Sequence record: OR234014.1
Source of the DNA: Staphylococcus phage SAC
Reading direction: 5' to 3' (one strand)
Length of the DNA stretch: 64,000 nt
The notes under the pieces were generated by a model, which saw nothing but the letters and a program-made list of their open reading frames with translations, ran no database searches and was not told the origin of the DNA. Shown piece after piece: positions 38,931-49,189 of the stretch. Within the stretch, counting starts at the first letter, position 1; each line of letters begins with the position of its first letter. The translations under genes and the position numbers were made by a program.

Positions 38931-41363
38931 TTATCCTTTATCATATATAAATTGAGCACCTTTACCTATTGCTGAACTCATGTCTATTGTTCTTGTACCA
39001 TAGCCATTAGGAGTTGCATAATTATGTTCTGATATAAATATACTAGCGCCACCGTCTAATACTTTTTCTACAAAAGCAACATGTCCATACTGAGGGCTTC
39101 CGCCAGGAGCGCCTCTCTGCCATATAACACAAGCTCCTTGTTTAGGTGTTCTACCTACACTATAACCAGCACTTTTAGCACCACCAATCCAATCCGCCGC
39201 GTCTCCCCATAACGGAACAGGAATACCTAACTCACCACGTCTATTATAAGCATACCATGTACATTGATATTTGTAATGCCTGTTTCCTGGTTGAACAAAA
39301 TTTGGGTCGTGTTTAGGCAACTTACCATTATATTTTTCTAGTGAAGCTAAGGTACCTCCATCTTGTGCGCCTCCGTCAGAATCTCCATCTTTATTTCCTT
39401 TTGTTTTCTTCTCGGCTACACCTTTTTCTTTTAATTCTTTAGATGTCTCTTCACCCATAAGACCACCCATAAAGTCAGATGACTGATTCCATAGTCCTTT
39501 AAACCTATGTTTGCTTCCTTCACCATCTTTTATAATAGCATCTTTTAGTCCTCTTGTTACTCCTATTGTAGTAAAGTATCCTTGTTTATAATCAAACTTA
39601 TGTTCTATGGACTCTATGTAAAACTCCCATATATCCCCTCGTTGTTTATCTTTTATAAATAACCGTTTACCTAGGTCATACTTAGGGTCACCTAATACAA
39701 CAATATTACCTGCATAAAAATTAGGGTTTGAGTGATACCAATTAAATAGCATTTTAGTAAATATAATTAAAGGGTCATCACTTGCGTCAGAACCTGTATC
39801 TCTAGCAACATTAGCTACTCCTTCTACGGCTTTAAGATACTTATCATAAATATCACCTGTGGTACTTGTAGGTGGGTTACCTTTAAATCTAGTGTAATCC
39901 TCTAGTAGTTTCTTAGCATGTGTAGGATTACCATATTTATAATTCTTTGTAATATCATCTATTACAGCTTTTGTTGTTTTCTTATTTAAATCTTTATCAT
40001 CAAAAGTTTCTTTTTTATTAAACTTTTCCGCTAATATAGACTTTAATTTTTCTTTTGTTAACTTTGGTCTAGTATCAGATACTGATTCTCTTGAAGTATT
40101 ATTCTTTGTTATCTTTTCATAATCTTCTTTACTTAAATTACCTTTTTTTATGTAAGACTCTAAAATACTCTTTACTTCAGGTTTAGTAATATTGTTGTAC
40201 TTTGATGATATCTTACTAGAGTATTTATCTAATCCTTTAGATATGGACTCTCTACCATAGTTATTTAAATCTTTAAGTAGTCTGTCATAAGTTACTCGTT
40301 CATGACCGTTATCTCCACCTGTAGTTTCACTATCTTCTGTAGCACTACCACTCTTAGTTCCTATGTATAGGTTTTCTGTTTCATATTTAGAATACCCGTA
40401 TCTATCTACTAATTCTTGGTGGAATTGAGGTTTAGAGAATACATCCCCTGTTAATTCTTTTAACATACCTGCTGGTTTTACTGTAAAGATAGAGTAGGTT
40501 TCTACATCACTCTTACCTACATCCTCCTCTATAAAATCATCAGTTGGTACAACTATGTATTCTAGTGCTTTCCATTCAGTTGGATTAAAAGGAGTTTTTC
40601 TTAATACTAGCTGTGCTTTACCTTTATGTTTATCTGAATTTCTAAAGAATAACTCATTAAAAGGTCTAGCAGTTACTAAGTCCATAAGTTGTTTTAATGT
40701 ACCATCGAAGTTAGTAAAAGCGGAAACTTCAGTTAACTTTTCATACTCATCCCAACTAGATAAATCATCATACTCTAAGTAACTCTCTAATGTGTTGTAT
40801 GTTTTATCCGTATAATTGTACTTCATGTAAGGAATAAATCGTTGTATAATACCTTGCATTACATCTTTAGCGGAACTACCTGTAAATTTAACCTGATTCT
40901 CTCCATCGCCATCAACTAACCAACCAACAGTTGGTAATACAGCTTGTACCTCTTGAATAACACCTAAACCAAACTTCATAAAAGGTTTTACAAATGATTG
41001 ACCTGTTATTCTAAATTGTACTTGGTCATTACCATAACTACCTACTTTAGATACTTGAGATACCATACCTACTTGTATAAGTTTCTCTTGGTTTCCCTCT
41101 TTATCTTTATGGTCATTATTAGGCGTAATATATATCTTAATAATATCATTTGCCATTACTAGCTTATCCCAATACGTATCCCCTGCCATAGTTATTTGGA
41201 ATACAGCACTATCATCTTCCATAGCATTCTTAGTTTGAAAACTAAGTAACTTTGAAGCAAATTGATTGCCGTTGTAATCTTTAGTATCTTCAAACTTTAA
41301 TGTAAATGTATTATCATCTGTTACTATTTCTATTCGTATCTTAGGACGTCTAATTCTATACAT
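38931..41363 (-). CDS. tail-associated muralytic enzyme (TAME) with C-terminal CHAP domain
   Basis: 810 aa. The C-terminal QCTWYAYNRRGELGIP...GHVAFVE...EHNY is a CHAP Cys/His signature. Size matches the ~808-aa TAME of K-like phages. Confidence 0.7.
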   Translation of the reverse strand: MYRIRRPKIRIEIVTDDNTFTLKFEDTKDYNGNQFASKLLSFQTKNAMEDDSAVFQITMAGDTYWDKLVMANDIIKIYITPNNDHKDKEGNQEKLIQVGMVSQVSKVGSYGNDQVQFRITGQSFVKPFMKFGLGVIQEVQAVLPTVGWLVDGDGENQVKFTGSSAKDVMQGIIQRFIPYMKYNYTDKTYNTLESYLEYDDLSSWDEYEKLTEVSAFTNFDGTLKQLMDLVTARPFNELFFRNSDKHKGKAQLVLRKTPFNPTEWKALEYIVVPTDDFIEEDVGKSDVETYSIFTVKPAGMLKELTGDVFSKPQFHQELVDRYGYSKYETENLYIGTKSGSATEDSETTGGDNGHERVTYDRLLKDLNNYGRESISKGLDKYSSKISSKYNNITKPEVKSILESYIKKGNLSKEDYEKITKNNTSRESVSDTRPKLTKEKLKSILAEKFNKKETFDDKDLNKKTTKAVIDDITKNYKYGNPTHAKKLLEDYTRFKGNPPTSTTGDIYDKYLKAVEGVANVARDTGSDASDDPLIIFTKMLFNWYHSNPNFYAGNIVVLGDPKYDLGKRLFIKDKQRGDIWEFYIESIEHKFDYKQGYFTTIGVTRGLKDAIIKDGEGSKHRFKGLWNQSSDFMGGLMGEETSKELKEKGVAEKKTKGNKDGDSDGGAQDGGTLASLEKYNGKLPKHDPNFVQPGNRHYKYQCTWYAYNRRGELGIPVPLWGDAADWIGGAKSAGYSVGRTPKQGACVIWQRGAPGGSPQYGHVAFVEKVLDGGASIFISEHNYATPNGYGTRTIDMSSAIGKGAQFIYDKG

Positions 41364-41414
41364 ACTTGTACTTCCTTTTTCTTTATATAAAGGGTAGTAC
41401 TTAATAATACTACC

Positions 41415-42239
41415 CTAGTAATTACGTTTATATGTGTTTGAGAAAATATCTAAGTCATCTCCAAAAGTAGACTTAATGCCTTTACCTATTTCTTCAGCAT
41501 CCCTTTTGTCATTTGTTCCTGTAATGCTAACATTCACAGATACATTATTTTGAGATGCAGTACTTCCTGAAGCACTACTAAGTATCGGGTTTCTTAATAC
41601 GGACGTATATGATGATGGTATAGCTCCACCGCCACCGCCACCTGACTTACCGTATTTGCTTACATAACTTTTAGCGTTATTTACTCGAGTACTCATCATA
41701 GCCTCTCCAGCACCCATACGCTCAAAACCTTGTGCAAAAGCTTTTGTATTTTTTTCTAAACTACCACTTTTACTCCATCCTGCATTTTTAAGCATATCAC
41801 TATTTTGACCAGAACTCATTTCTTTCCATAAGAAATCTAACTGTGCGTCTAAGTCATTAGACTTCTTACCTTTAGATTTAGCAAAGCTATCAAGGTCTGA
41901 TTTCCTACTACCTAACCATTGTGCAATGCCAAAAGCACCACTAGAGGCGTTCTTTGCATTAGGGTCAAGCCCTGATTCTTGCTTAAGGTTACCCATAACG
42001 GCACCTACTTGGTTATCGGATAAACCTTTACCTTTAAGGAATTTGTAAATCTTACCCGCACCTTCTCCATCTACATCGGAAGCTGAACCCCCTGAGTCAG
42101 AACTACTGTCTGAACCTCCTGAGTCTAGCGCTTTAGCATCTTCTATAATTTGTTGTGCTCTATCTAATAGGTTACTGTAAGTTTTTAAGTTTTTAGTTTC
42201 TGATTTATTATTCTTTTCTCTTAGTTGTTCTGTAGACAT
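41415..42239 (-). CDS. tail-associated lytic transglycosylase (SLT-domain)
   Basis: Motif ESGLDPNAKNASSGAFGIAQW, and Gly-rich linkers. Confidence 0.55.
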   Translation of the reverse strand: MSTEQLREKNNKSETKNLKTYSNLLDRAQQIIEDAKALDSGGSDSSSDSGGSASDVDGEGAGKIYKFLKGKGLSDNQVGAVMGNLKQESGLDPNAKNASSGAFGIAQWLGSRKSDLDSFAKSKGKKSNDLDAQLDFLWKEMSSGQNSDMLKNAGWSKSGSLEKNTKAFAQGFERMGAGEAMMSTRVNNAKSYVSKYGKSGGGGGGAIPSSYTSVLRNPILSSASGSTASQNNVSVNVSITGTNDKRDAEEIGKGIKSTFGDDLDIFSNTYKRNY

Positions 42240-42297
42240 TTTCTGTTTTTTATTATTTATACCATTTGTTAAAATATATAAGTATTATAATTGTATT

Positions 42298-43167
42298 CTA
42301 AAAATTAGATTCTAATAATTGTTTTAATTTTCTACCTATTGCTTTCCCTGTTTCATTAGGGTTTTTACTTTTAGGTACTTCTATGTTATATTTAAGATTC
42401 TTTGGTTGATGGTCGTTTTTTAGAGCATGTCTAGGCATAACATCACTGCCTCCACCTCCGCCACCTATGAACTTGTCTGAACCTTTCATAATACTGGCAA
42501 TCATAGTATCCCAATTACCTGCTGTTGCATATTCATGAACACCATTGTTGTGTCTCATATCGTGTAAGTTCTTTTGTCCTTTGTTGTAGAAGTTGTCTCT
42601 AATCCATTTAGCACCACCAACAATACCCAAACCATAGTTAAAACCATTATTAGGATTGTTATCAAAAGCACCTATACCGAACCAGTTACCTTTGTTAGGG
42701 TCTCCTCCTTTGGAAAGATTTGATGTTCCCCAGCCTGTCTCAACAGCACTATGTGCTACTAAATACCTTGGGTCAAGTCCTGACTCTTTACCTGCTTTCA
42801 TATAAAGCTCACCTAAACCACGCATTTTAGAATTACTAGGTGCTTGAGACTCAATCCATTTATTTAACATTTCGGCGTTTACACCTTTAGCAGTTTTACC
42901 TAAGTCATGCTTAGTTACGTCTTTATCCGTAAAGTTTTTACCATCAAGGTAGTCAAGTGTTCCTCCTGATGAACTGTCGTTAGAACTACTACCTTTATTT
43001 GTTAGGTTATCTGCTAAATGGTCTAAGAAATGTGAGTATACTGTTACATTTCCTTCTCTAGAATCATTATTCTTTTCTCTTTTTTCTTCTGCTTTTTGCC
43101 TGTCTTTACTTTGTGATTTATCATTAATACCATAAGTTAAAACATATAAACAATAGTATACTTTCAT
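42298..43167 (-). CDS. glucosaminidase-domain protein; probably the 3' exon of the TMP
   Basis: Contains YLVAHSAVETGWGTS. It lies immediately after the TMP intron. Its N-terminal YCLYVLTYGINDKSQSK is paralogous, in DNA as well, to the segment just upstream of gene 41415-42239. Confidence 0.5.
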   Translation of the reverse strand: MKVYYCLYVLTYGINDKSQSKDRQKAEEKREKNNDSREGNVTVYSHFLDHLADNLTNKGSSSNDSSSGGTLDYLDGKNFTDKDVTKHDLGKTAKGVNAEMLNKWIESQAPSNSKMRGLGELYMKAGKESGLDPRYLVAHSAVETGWGTSNLSKGGDPNKGNWFGIGAFDNNPNNGFNYGLGIVGGAKWIRDNFYNKGQKNLHDMRHNNGVHEYATAGNWDTMIASIMKGSDKFIGGGGGGSDVMPRHALKNDHQPKNLKYNIEVPKSKNPNETGKAIGRKLKQLLESNF

Positions 43168-43660
43168 ATATAACCTATCGTATTAGTTATGTATATTTAT
43201 TTAATAACAAGTTTACCTTACAAAATAAGAAAGGTTTATATGCAGAAGTAGAATACAAATTTTAATTATTTATATATTTTAACAATGTTTAAATATACAC
43301 GCTACTGTATATTCTCTAGTTATTTCTAGACACTACCTTTCGGTACGTGCGCAGACTATTTGTTATCCCTATTAGTATAGGGTGAGTATTTTTCTTCCAC
43401 CAATCACTTGTGGCTTTACTTCCGTCACCTATACGGAATAGTCGTTGAACGTGTTCCGTAGACCTTTCAGGTCTTTAGGACTTTCGATGCTATACACCCA
43501 TTGTACTTCTCCTTAGGATTTAACCTTAGAGTATCTAACTAATTTTTTCTGATTTCTCAACATTCAAGCCTAGTCTTTCGACTTACTTTGTAGTTTAGTT
43601 AGCTTTAGTAGTTTCATAGCAGTTAACACTCGGTACTTACAGATTGCTCTATAAGCAAGG
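43168..43660 (-). mobile_element. group I intron at the 3' end of the TMP ORF (ORF-less)
   Basis: Minus-strand R GUUCAACGACUAUUC (~43450) and S AACAAAUAGUCUGCGC (~43365), plus a P8-like hairpin ccac...gtgg. ~85-90% identical to the cores at 55860-56190 and 61680-61996. The TMP stop codon lies inside the conserved intron motif GTTAAC. Confidence 0.65.
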
Positions 43661-46616
43661 CAATTAGTATATAACTAATTATGTTACCTTTTTTATTTTT
43701 CACTGTCTCGTCTAATTTAGAAGGGTTATCTGGTGTGAAGAAATCTGTTATGCCACCCCATAGTTTACCTACAGGAGAGTCTTGGAATTTATTCTTACCA
43801 TCTTTATCTCCATTAGACCATAATTTCCAACCATCACTTGTCATAGAACCTTCCGCTGTTTTCGTAGCATAATCTCTTAAGCCATCTCCATAGCCTAAAT
43901 TTAACGGGTCTATAATACTTCCTATAGTATTACCAAATTTAGAAGAAGCTTCTTTAGTATCTCCTTGTATTAAAGAACTACCTATATCAAACGCCGATAG
44001 ACCTGCACCAATCCAACCTAGCTTACTTGTAAGACCACCTAGTTTACCAAGACCTCCTGCGTTAGCAGTAGGTGCTTGTGACATAAAACCTAAGTCAGAA
44101 CCTTTACCGCTAAATTTACCTTTAGCTTTACCAAAAGCTCCCTTACCTTTGTTCCATGCACCTTTACCTAGGTCTTTGGTTCTTCCCATATATTCACCAA
44201 AAGTAAAATCTCTTTTTCCAAAGGTATCAAATAAGGTTTTACCCATGCCTTTAGCAGTTTGTCCTGCTCCTTTTGCTTGGTCTTTAAATGGTCGGTCTCC
44301 ACCTCTAGGGTTATCACCTAGTATAGTGTCAGCTAAGTTTTTAAGTCCTCCAAAGCGTCCACCACCGTTAGGATTACCACCAGGTTTACCACCACCAGTC
44401 TTACCTGTTGAACCTCCTTTACGGTTATTAAACCAATCTTTTAGTCCTTTTTGACCTTTACCTAATAAAGAACCACCAGCCATCATGGCAGTAGATTTAG
44501 CTAAAGATGCTACAAAGGCAAGTACTGCTCCTGAAGCTAGGTATAAAGGAGCTGGCAAGCTTGCCATAGCACTATGAACATCTCTAATAGGTTGAGCTAA
44601 GTCATAAATATCCTCAGCTTTATCATCTGTCTTAGCTTTGTTATGGTCATTTCTACCTGCTTTAGACTCGGAATACTTATCCTTATTTTTATCTCCTGCT
44701 TTAGAGCCCTCTTGTTCCATGCTCTTAGCTTTACTAGCTAACTCTTCTTTAGATAGTTTACCTGAGGCGTAAAGATTGTACAACTCATCTGTTTGCTCTT
44801 GTGTTAAGTTAGCTCCCATGCTTTCAAAGCCTTTTTTAGCTATGGCTTGTTTTTCTTTTGTTGTACTTCCTATATTATTAGCTTGGTCAAATATATTAAC
44901 TAAGTTATTAGGGTCTGATATACCTTTATCCATTTGTGCTTGTAAGTCATGCATACCTTCTAATCCTTGGTACTTAGTACCCCATCCCATTGCTAATCTA
45001 GTATAAGAATTACCCATACCATTTTTAATACCTTGGTCAATACTACTTAAGGCTTGAGCTCCTTGTGCACCTTGTAGACCTTTACTACCTGTACCCGCTA
45101 CTTGAGCTTGTAGAGAAGTAAGATTAGACATTTCTCCTTTAGATAATGTTCTACCTTGTCCTGACTGCTCGGCAATAGTACTTAAAGCTCTTAATTGCTC
45201 GTCTTGTCTACCAACCATATCAGATTCACGTATACCACCTAAGAAAGCATCTTGCATAGCTTTCATATTATCTGAGTTTACGCCACCTGTATGCATAAGT
45301 TGTGACATGGATTGCTGATAAGCTTCTTGGTCTTGTATACCTAATGAACGACCACCTACAGCTAACTGTTTAGCTCCTTTATACGTATCTGCATCGCTTT
45401 TATGTCCTATAGAACTTTCATATGACGTAGCCATTTTTAGCATGTCAGTTGAATTATAACCAAGCTTATTATCTATTGACAAATCTCCATATGTATTTCT
45501 TACTGCGTCTATATCCATATTATCTGAATTTTGTCCTAATGATGTTACCATAGGTCTATTTGCCTCGGATAAGGAGGCACCTTTCATATACATACCACCT
45601 GCAAGAGCAGTTACTGCCATAGTAGCATGTGCACCAATAGATGGTAATCTATCTTGGAACAATTTACCCATTGTTCCTCGTTGCTGTTCTATCTCACGCT
45701 GAGCAAACTGTTTTTTAGCACTATTTTTATAGTAGTTGATTGACTTGTCTAATTCAGCACCTGTTTTTCTATAAACTTCAGAAAGCTTTTCACTTTCATC
45801 AATCATCATTTTAATAGAAGCTGATTGTTTTTTATAATCCTCAGAACTTATTTCACCACGAGCTCTTTTGCCTACTAAATCTTGTTGTTGTTGTCTATAA
45901 CCTCTATATCTATCTTGGTTTTCTTTTATTCTTCTATTGTTAGCTTCTCGTTGCTTTTCAAAAGTGTCTACTTTACCTAATTCAGAACGTACTCTAGCAC
46001 CTTGGTCATAGGACATTCTATTAGAGCCTTCAGACCTAGATATATGACCTCTAACCATATTACGATTAGCTCTTAGTTGCTTTGTGTACTCCTTAGCTGA
46101 ACTGGCATCTTTTACTAATTTATTATACTCTTCTGTAACTTGGTTCAGTGTTTTCATTTCTTTTATTCTGTTTGTTATATCTGAGTCTGAACCAATCTTT
46201 TGAGATGCTACTTTCTCTAGTTCTGTTTGTGTATTATTTAGTGTCTTATTAAGTTTACTATATACTTTCTCTACTTCAGGGTCAGGAGCTATACCCTTTG
46301 TAATATTATCTGTTTGTATGTCATTTAAAGCTTTCTTTAGGTCGTTTATATTCTTAGTTACATTCTGTGTAGAACTAATAGCCTCATCCATAGCTTTTGG
46401 TGATATTAAAGACTTATCACTTTGTTTATCCATAATGTTTTGTACAGATTTTACTTCTTTTGCTATTACTTTTAATTTCTCTAAGAAGTTTGTTAATGGT
46501 GCATCTATGTTTTTAGACTCTAACGCATCCATGTACATCTCTATAGCTTTTAAACTTTGTTCTAAGCTAGAACTATCACCAGTCAAGACCAACCTATAAT
46601 CGTCATTCATTGCCAA
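43623..46616 (-). CDS. tail tape measure protein, 5' exon (or complete gene)
   Basis: 997 aa. Long coiled-coil N-terminal half, Gly-rich repeats, and a hydrophobic segment (PAPLYLASGAVLAFVASL). The last ~8 residues are intron-encoded. Confidence 0.7.
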   Translation of the reverse strand: MAMNDDYRLVLTGDSSSLEQSLKAIEMYMDALESKNIDAPLTNFLEKLKVIAKEVKSVQNIMDKQSDKSLISPKAMDEAISSTQNVTKNINDLKKALNDIQTDNITKGIAPDPEVEKVYSKLNKTLNNTQTELEKVASQKIGSDSDITNRIKEMKTLNQVTEEYNKLVKDASSAKEYTKQLRANRNMVRGHISRSEGSNRMSYDQGARVRSELGKVDTFEKQREANNRRIKENQDRYRGYRQQQQDLVGKRARGEISSEDYKKQSASIKMMIDESEKLSEVYRKTGAELDKSINYYKNSAKKQFAQREIEQQRGTMGKLFQDRLPSIGAHATMAVTALAGGMYMKGASLSEANRPMVTSLGQNSDNMDIDAVRNTYGDLSIDNKLGYNSTDMLKMATSYESSIGHKSDADTYKGAKQLAVGGRSLGIQDQEAYQQSMSQLMHTGGVNSDNMKAMQDAFLGGIRESDMVGRQDEQLRALSTIAEQSGQGRTLSKGEMSNLTSLQAQVAGTGSKGLQGAQGAQALSSIDQGIKNGMGNSYTRLAMGWGTKYQGLEGMHDLQAQMDKGISDPNNLVNIFDQANNIGSTTKEKQAIAKKGFESMGANLTQEQTDELYNLYASGKLSKEELASKAKSMEQEGSKAGDKNKDKYSESKAGRNDHNKAKTDDKAEDIYDLAQPIRDVHSAMASLPAPLYLASGAVLAFVASLAKSTAMMAGGSLLGKGQKGLKDWFNNRKGGSTGKTGGGKPGGNPNGGGRFGGLKNLADTILGDNPRGGDRPFKDQAKGAGQTAKGMGKTLFDTFGKRDFTFGEYMGRTKDLGKGAWNKGKGAFGKAKGKFSGKGSDLGFMSQAPTANAGGLGKLGGLTSKLGWIGAGLSAFDIGSSLIQGDTKEASSKFGNTIGSIIDPLNLGYGDGLRDYATKTAEGSMTSDGWKLWSNGDKDGKNKFQDSPVGKLWGGITDFFTPDNPSKLDETVKNKKGNIISYILIALLIEQSVSTEC

Positions 46617-46669
46617 ACAGTATTCACCACCTAATCAAAAAATAAGGGTATTGGTGTTATACCATTACC

Positions 46670-47128
46670 CTACATGTACCAATCATCTACATCTTCTATT
46701 GCTTTGTTTATATCTTCTTGTGTTGTTTCTTTGTTATCAATACCTAAACTTTCATCAAGCTCTTTTTGTTTTTGTCTTATGTGTTCCATCATAGCTAAAT
46801 GTTGAGTTGTTAATCCCTCGGTTTCATCTTCTAACTCAGCTTCAACTCGTCTATCTCTTTCTATCTTTTCTTTCTCACTTAAACTTTTATCTACTTGTGT
46901 ATTTAAATCATCTAAGTCTAAGAAATCAGGAACAACATCAAATTCATCTGTCGGCGCTTCGAACCATGATGTGTCTACGTCTTCCGCTTTCATATCATAG
47001 TTTTTACCGTCTCTAGCTTCCATCATTTCTTTTGTATCTAAATTCATGTTAGCTATAATAAACTCTATTTGATAGTCATCTAAATCTTTAAAACGTTGTT
47101 CGGTAGGTAGCACATTAAACTCACGCAT
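46670..47128 (-). CDS. acidic tail assembly chaperone candidate (downstream frame)
   Basis: 152 aa, very acidic. Its frame is open from 4 codons before the stop of the upstream ORF, suggesting a possible programmed frameshift partner. Confidence 0.3.
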   Translation of the reverse strand: MREFNVLPTEQRFKDLDDYQIEFIIANMNLDTKEMMEARDGKNYDMKAEDVDTSWFEAPTDEFDVVPDFLDLDDLNTQVDKSLSEKEKIERDRRVEAELEDETEGLTTQHLAMMEHIRQKQKELDESLGIDNKETTQEDINKAIEDVDDWYM

Positions 47129-47219
47129 GATAGCCCATAAGTTTCTTGATAAAGGCTCTCTAGCTATATGTGAAAGTCCACCTAACCGTTCTATATCTTC
47201 ATTTAACTTCTTTACGTTA

Positions 47220-47648
47220 CTAGTAACGAAAGGACGTCATAAAGTCTAACCAATCATCCCACATAATAGCAAGTGGAGTTAGGTTATAAATCTCTTCAGG
47301 GTCTCTAAATTCTTTAGGTACTTCTACCCCTACTTCTTGTAGAGTAGCTAACATCTGATAAGCATTAATAACTTGGTCAGATTGATAAGCATCCATTCCA
47401 CCTAAGTATGCAGAACGTAAAGCCATGATATTACCTTGTTCTCTAGCATTAGGTAATCTAATTTTTACTTTGAATTTTAAATCTAATTCTTCAAAGTTGT
47501 ATCCTTTCTCCCATACATCATTAACACCTTTAATTACTTTGTTAATAACACGCTCTTTATCTTTTCGTTGCTGATATTTTAACTCATCAATTTCTTCAGG
47601 TGTCATATCTTTAATATCTTTTTGTTCTTTTTCCAATTCTTTATCCAT
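47220..47648 (-). CDS. tail assembly chaperone candidate
   Basis: 142 aa, between the tail tube/sheath genes and the TMP. Confidence 0.35.
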   Translation of the reverse strand: MDKELEKEQKDIKDMTPEEIDELKYQQRKDKERVINKVIKGVNDVWEKGYNFEELDLKFKVKIRLPNAREQGNIMALRSAYLGGMDAYQSDQVINAYQMLATLQEVGVEVPKEFRDPEEIYNLTPLAIMWDDWLDFMTSFRY

Positions 47649-47736
47649 CCTTTATTATTTTCTCATAATTAATATAACAGCTAACTTATGTTTTTTATAC
47701 ACATACAGTATAACATAATGTGGTTATAACTCCAAA

Positions 47737-48045
47737 TTACTTAACATATTCAGCTACTCTTTTTTCAATTTCTTGTAACCTTTGTTCAATTGTTTCACTA
47801 TTTTTAAGTAAGTAAATGTAGTAATCTTGAAGTGAGTCATAATATTCAAAATCAATCGTCAAAATCTCTTGACCCTCAAAATACTTTTTAGTGATTTTAC
47901 CTGCTTGTTCCGTTAAGGTTTTAAACTTGTCAAGAATTTGATTGATTGCAATAGCAGTTGTCTTACTTGTTAAATCTACATTCTGTGGGAATTTATGTAA
48001 CTCAATTTTCATTTCTTCATGGATAGCTCTTAATTTATTTGTCAT
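47737..48045 (-). CDS. hypothetical protein
   Basis: 102-aa ORF. Confidence 0.35.
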   Translation of the reverse strand: MTNKLRAIHEEMKIELHKFPQNVDLTSKTTAIAINQILDKFKTLTEQAGKITKKYFEGQEILTIDFEYYDSLQDYYIYLLKNSETIEQRLQEIEKRVAEYVK

Positions 48046-48101
48046 TTTTTATTCTCCTCTTTATTAATGTAACCTTAGTATATATTATGTATTTACTTAT
48101 G

Positions 48102-48551
48102 TCAATACTTTATTTTTAAATTTTTATCATAATAATCATTTAAATTTAATGTTTTGTGGTTATCTGTGACTCTGTTATAGTACATAGTTACAACTTCACC
48201 TGTTTCAACTTCTATAACTAAATATTGGTAAGATAATTTATTATTTACTTTTACTACATAAGGGTGTCTAACAACTACCCTACGTTGTATTTTGTTATTG
48301 TATAATGTTTCATTATATTCTATAATATCTAAGTTCTTATTATGTATATAATGAACAAACGCTTTAAAATTTACTGGTTTCTTACATTTACCTTTGAAGT
48401 GATTTGTTAACTTAAAGTAATTATTTTTATTATAAGCCTCTTTTAGTAAGTTCCTACATATAATTATTTCTTGATTAGTCATTTGTTTATAATGCTTCTT
48501 TACTTGCCTGTTTTTACTTGTTGTTCTTCTGCCTGAATAAAAAGTTTTCAC
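48102..48551 (-). CDS. hypothetical basic protein (149 aa), GTG start
   Basis: AAGGAG-N10-GTG. Lys/Asn/Tyr-rich. Lies downstream of the tail tube intron array and terminator. Confidence 0.3.
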   Translation of the reverse strand: MKTFYSGRRTTSKNRQVKKHYKQMTNQEIIICRNLLKEAYNKNNYFKLTNHFKGKCKKPVNFKAFVHYIHNKNLDIIEYNETLYNNKIQRRVVVRHPYVVKVNNKLSYQYLVIEVETGEVVTMYYNRVTDNHKTLNLNDYYDKNLKIKY

Positions 48552-48599
48552 AGTTCATCATCTCCTTATATAACTATAGTATTACAGTTATTTATAATT

Positions 48600-48726
48600 G
48601 TCAATACCTTTATGCTTATTTTTTCTAGAATATTTTGTTTTATCTTTTTTAATTCTTGTTGTTGGTTTAATTTTCCATGTTGCCCTTGAATTACTTACTT
48701 TACCTATTGTTTTCCTGTTTGTCATT
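48600..48726 (-). CDS. very small basic ORF (~41 aa), not in the ORF track
   Basis: ATG ~48726 preceded by GGAGGTG. Reads MTNRKTIGKVSNSRATWKIKPTTRIKKDKTKYSRKNKHKGI... Confidence 0.2.
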
Positions 48727-48781
48727 TAGTACACCTCCTTTTATTTTTAATTATAATACAGTACTTCTAATAAAACAAGTA

Positions 48782-48815
48782 TAAAAAAAGACCTAACTTT
48801 TATTGTTAGGTCTTA
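48782..48815 (-). terminator. strong rho-independent terminator at the end of the tail tube gene
   Basis: Minus strand reads agacctaacaataaaagttaggtct (perfect 9-bp stem) followed by T7. Confidence 0.7.
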
Positions 48816-48821
48816 ATACGA

Positions 48822-49189
48822 AATTTAAGTTCTAGCCTTATCTGATGCTGTCCTCTATACCCTATCTTTCGATATATTTTAAAGGGAGTAGACTATACCA
48901 TAATCTTAATGTGTAACTAAGACTCACTTATTATAGTCGTTGAAGCTTCCCACTCTCGTAGGCTTGCCTGCGTATCATCTATTTTACTGTACTTAGGGTT
49001 TAACCTTATACTATACTAGATATTTTTTCTGATTTCTCAACATTCAAGCTTACCCTTTCAGGTTACTTTGTAGTTATCTAGTCTTTAAGACTTTCACGCA
49101 ATTTAAAGTGTTTTCTATGCTTGTCACCAAACATAGCCTCTATTAGTTAAAGGTAGCTAAACTCAATTTCTTCTGTTACAATTTCATTT
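48822..49189 (-). mobile_element. group I intron (tail tube gene, downstream copy of a tandem pair)
   Basis: Minus-strand R GCUUCAACGACUAUAAU (~48940) and S GGUAUAGUCUACUC (~48895). Its P1-P6 region is related to the other introns but P8 is shorter. Confidence 0.6.
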
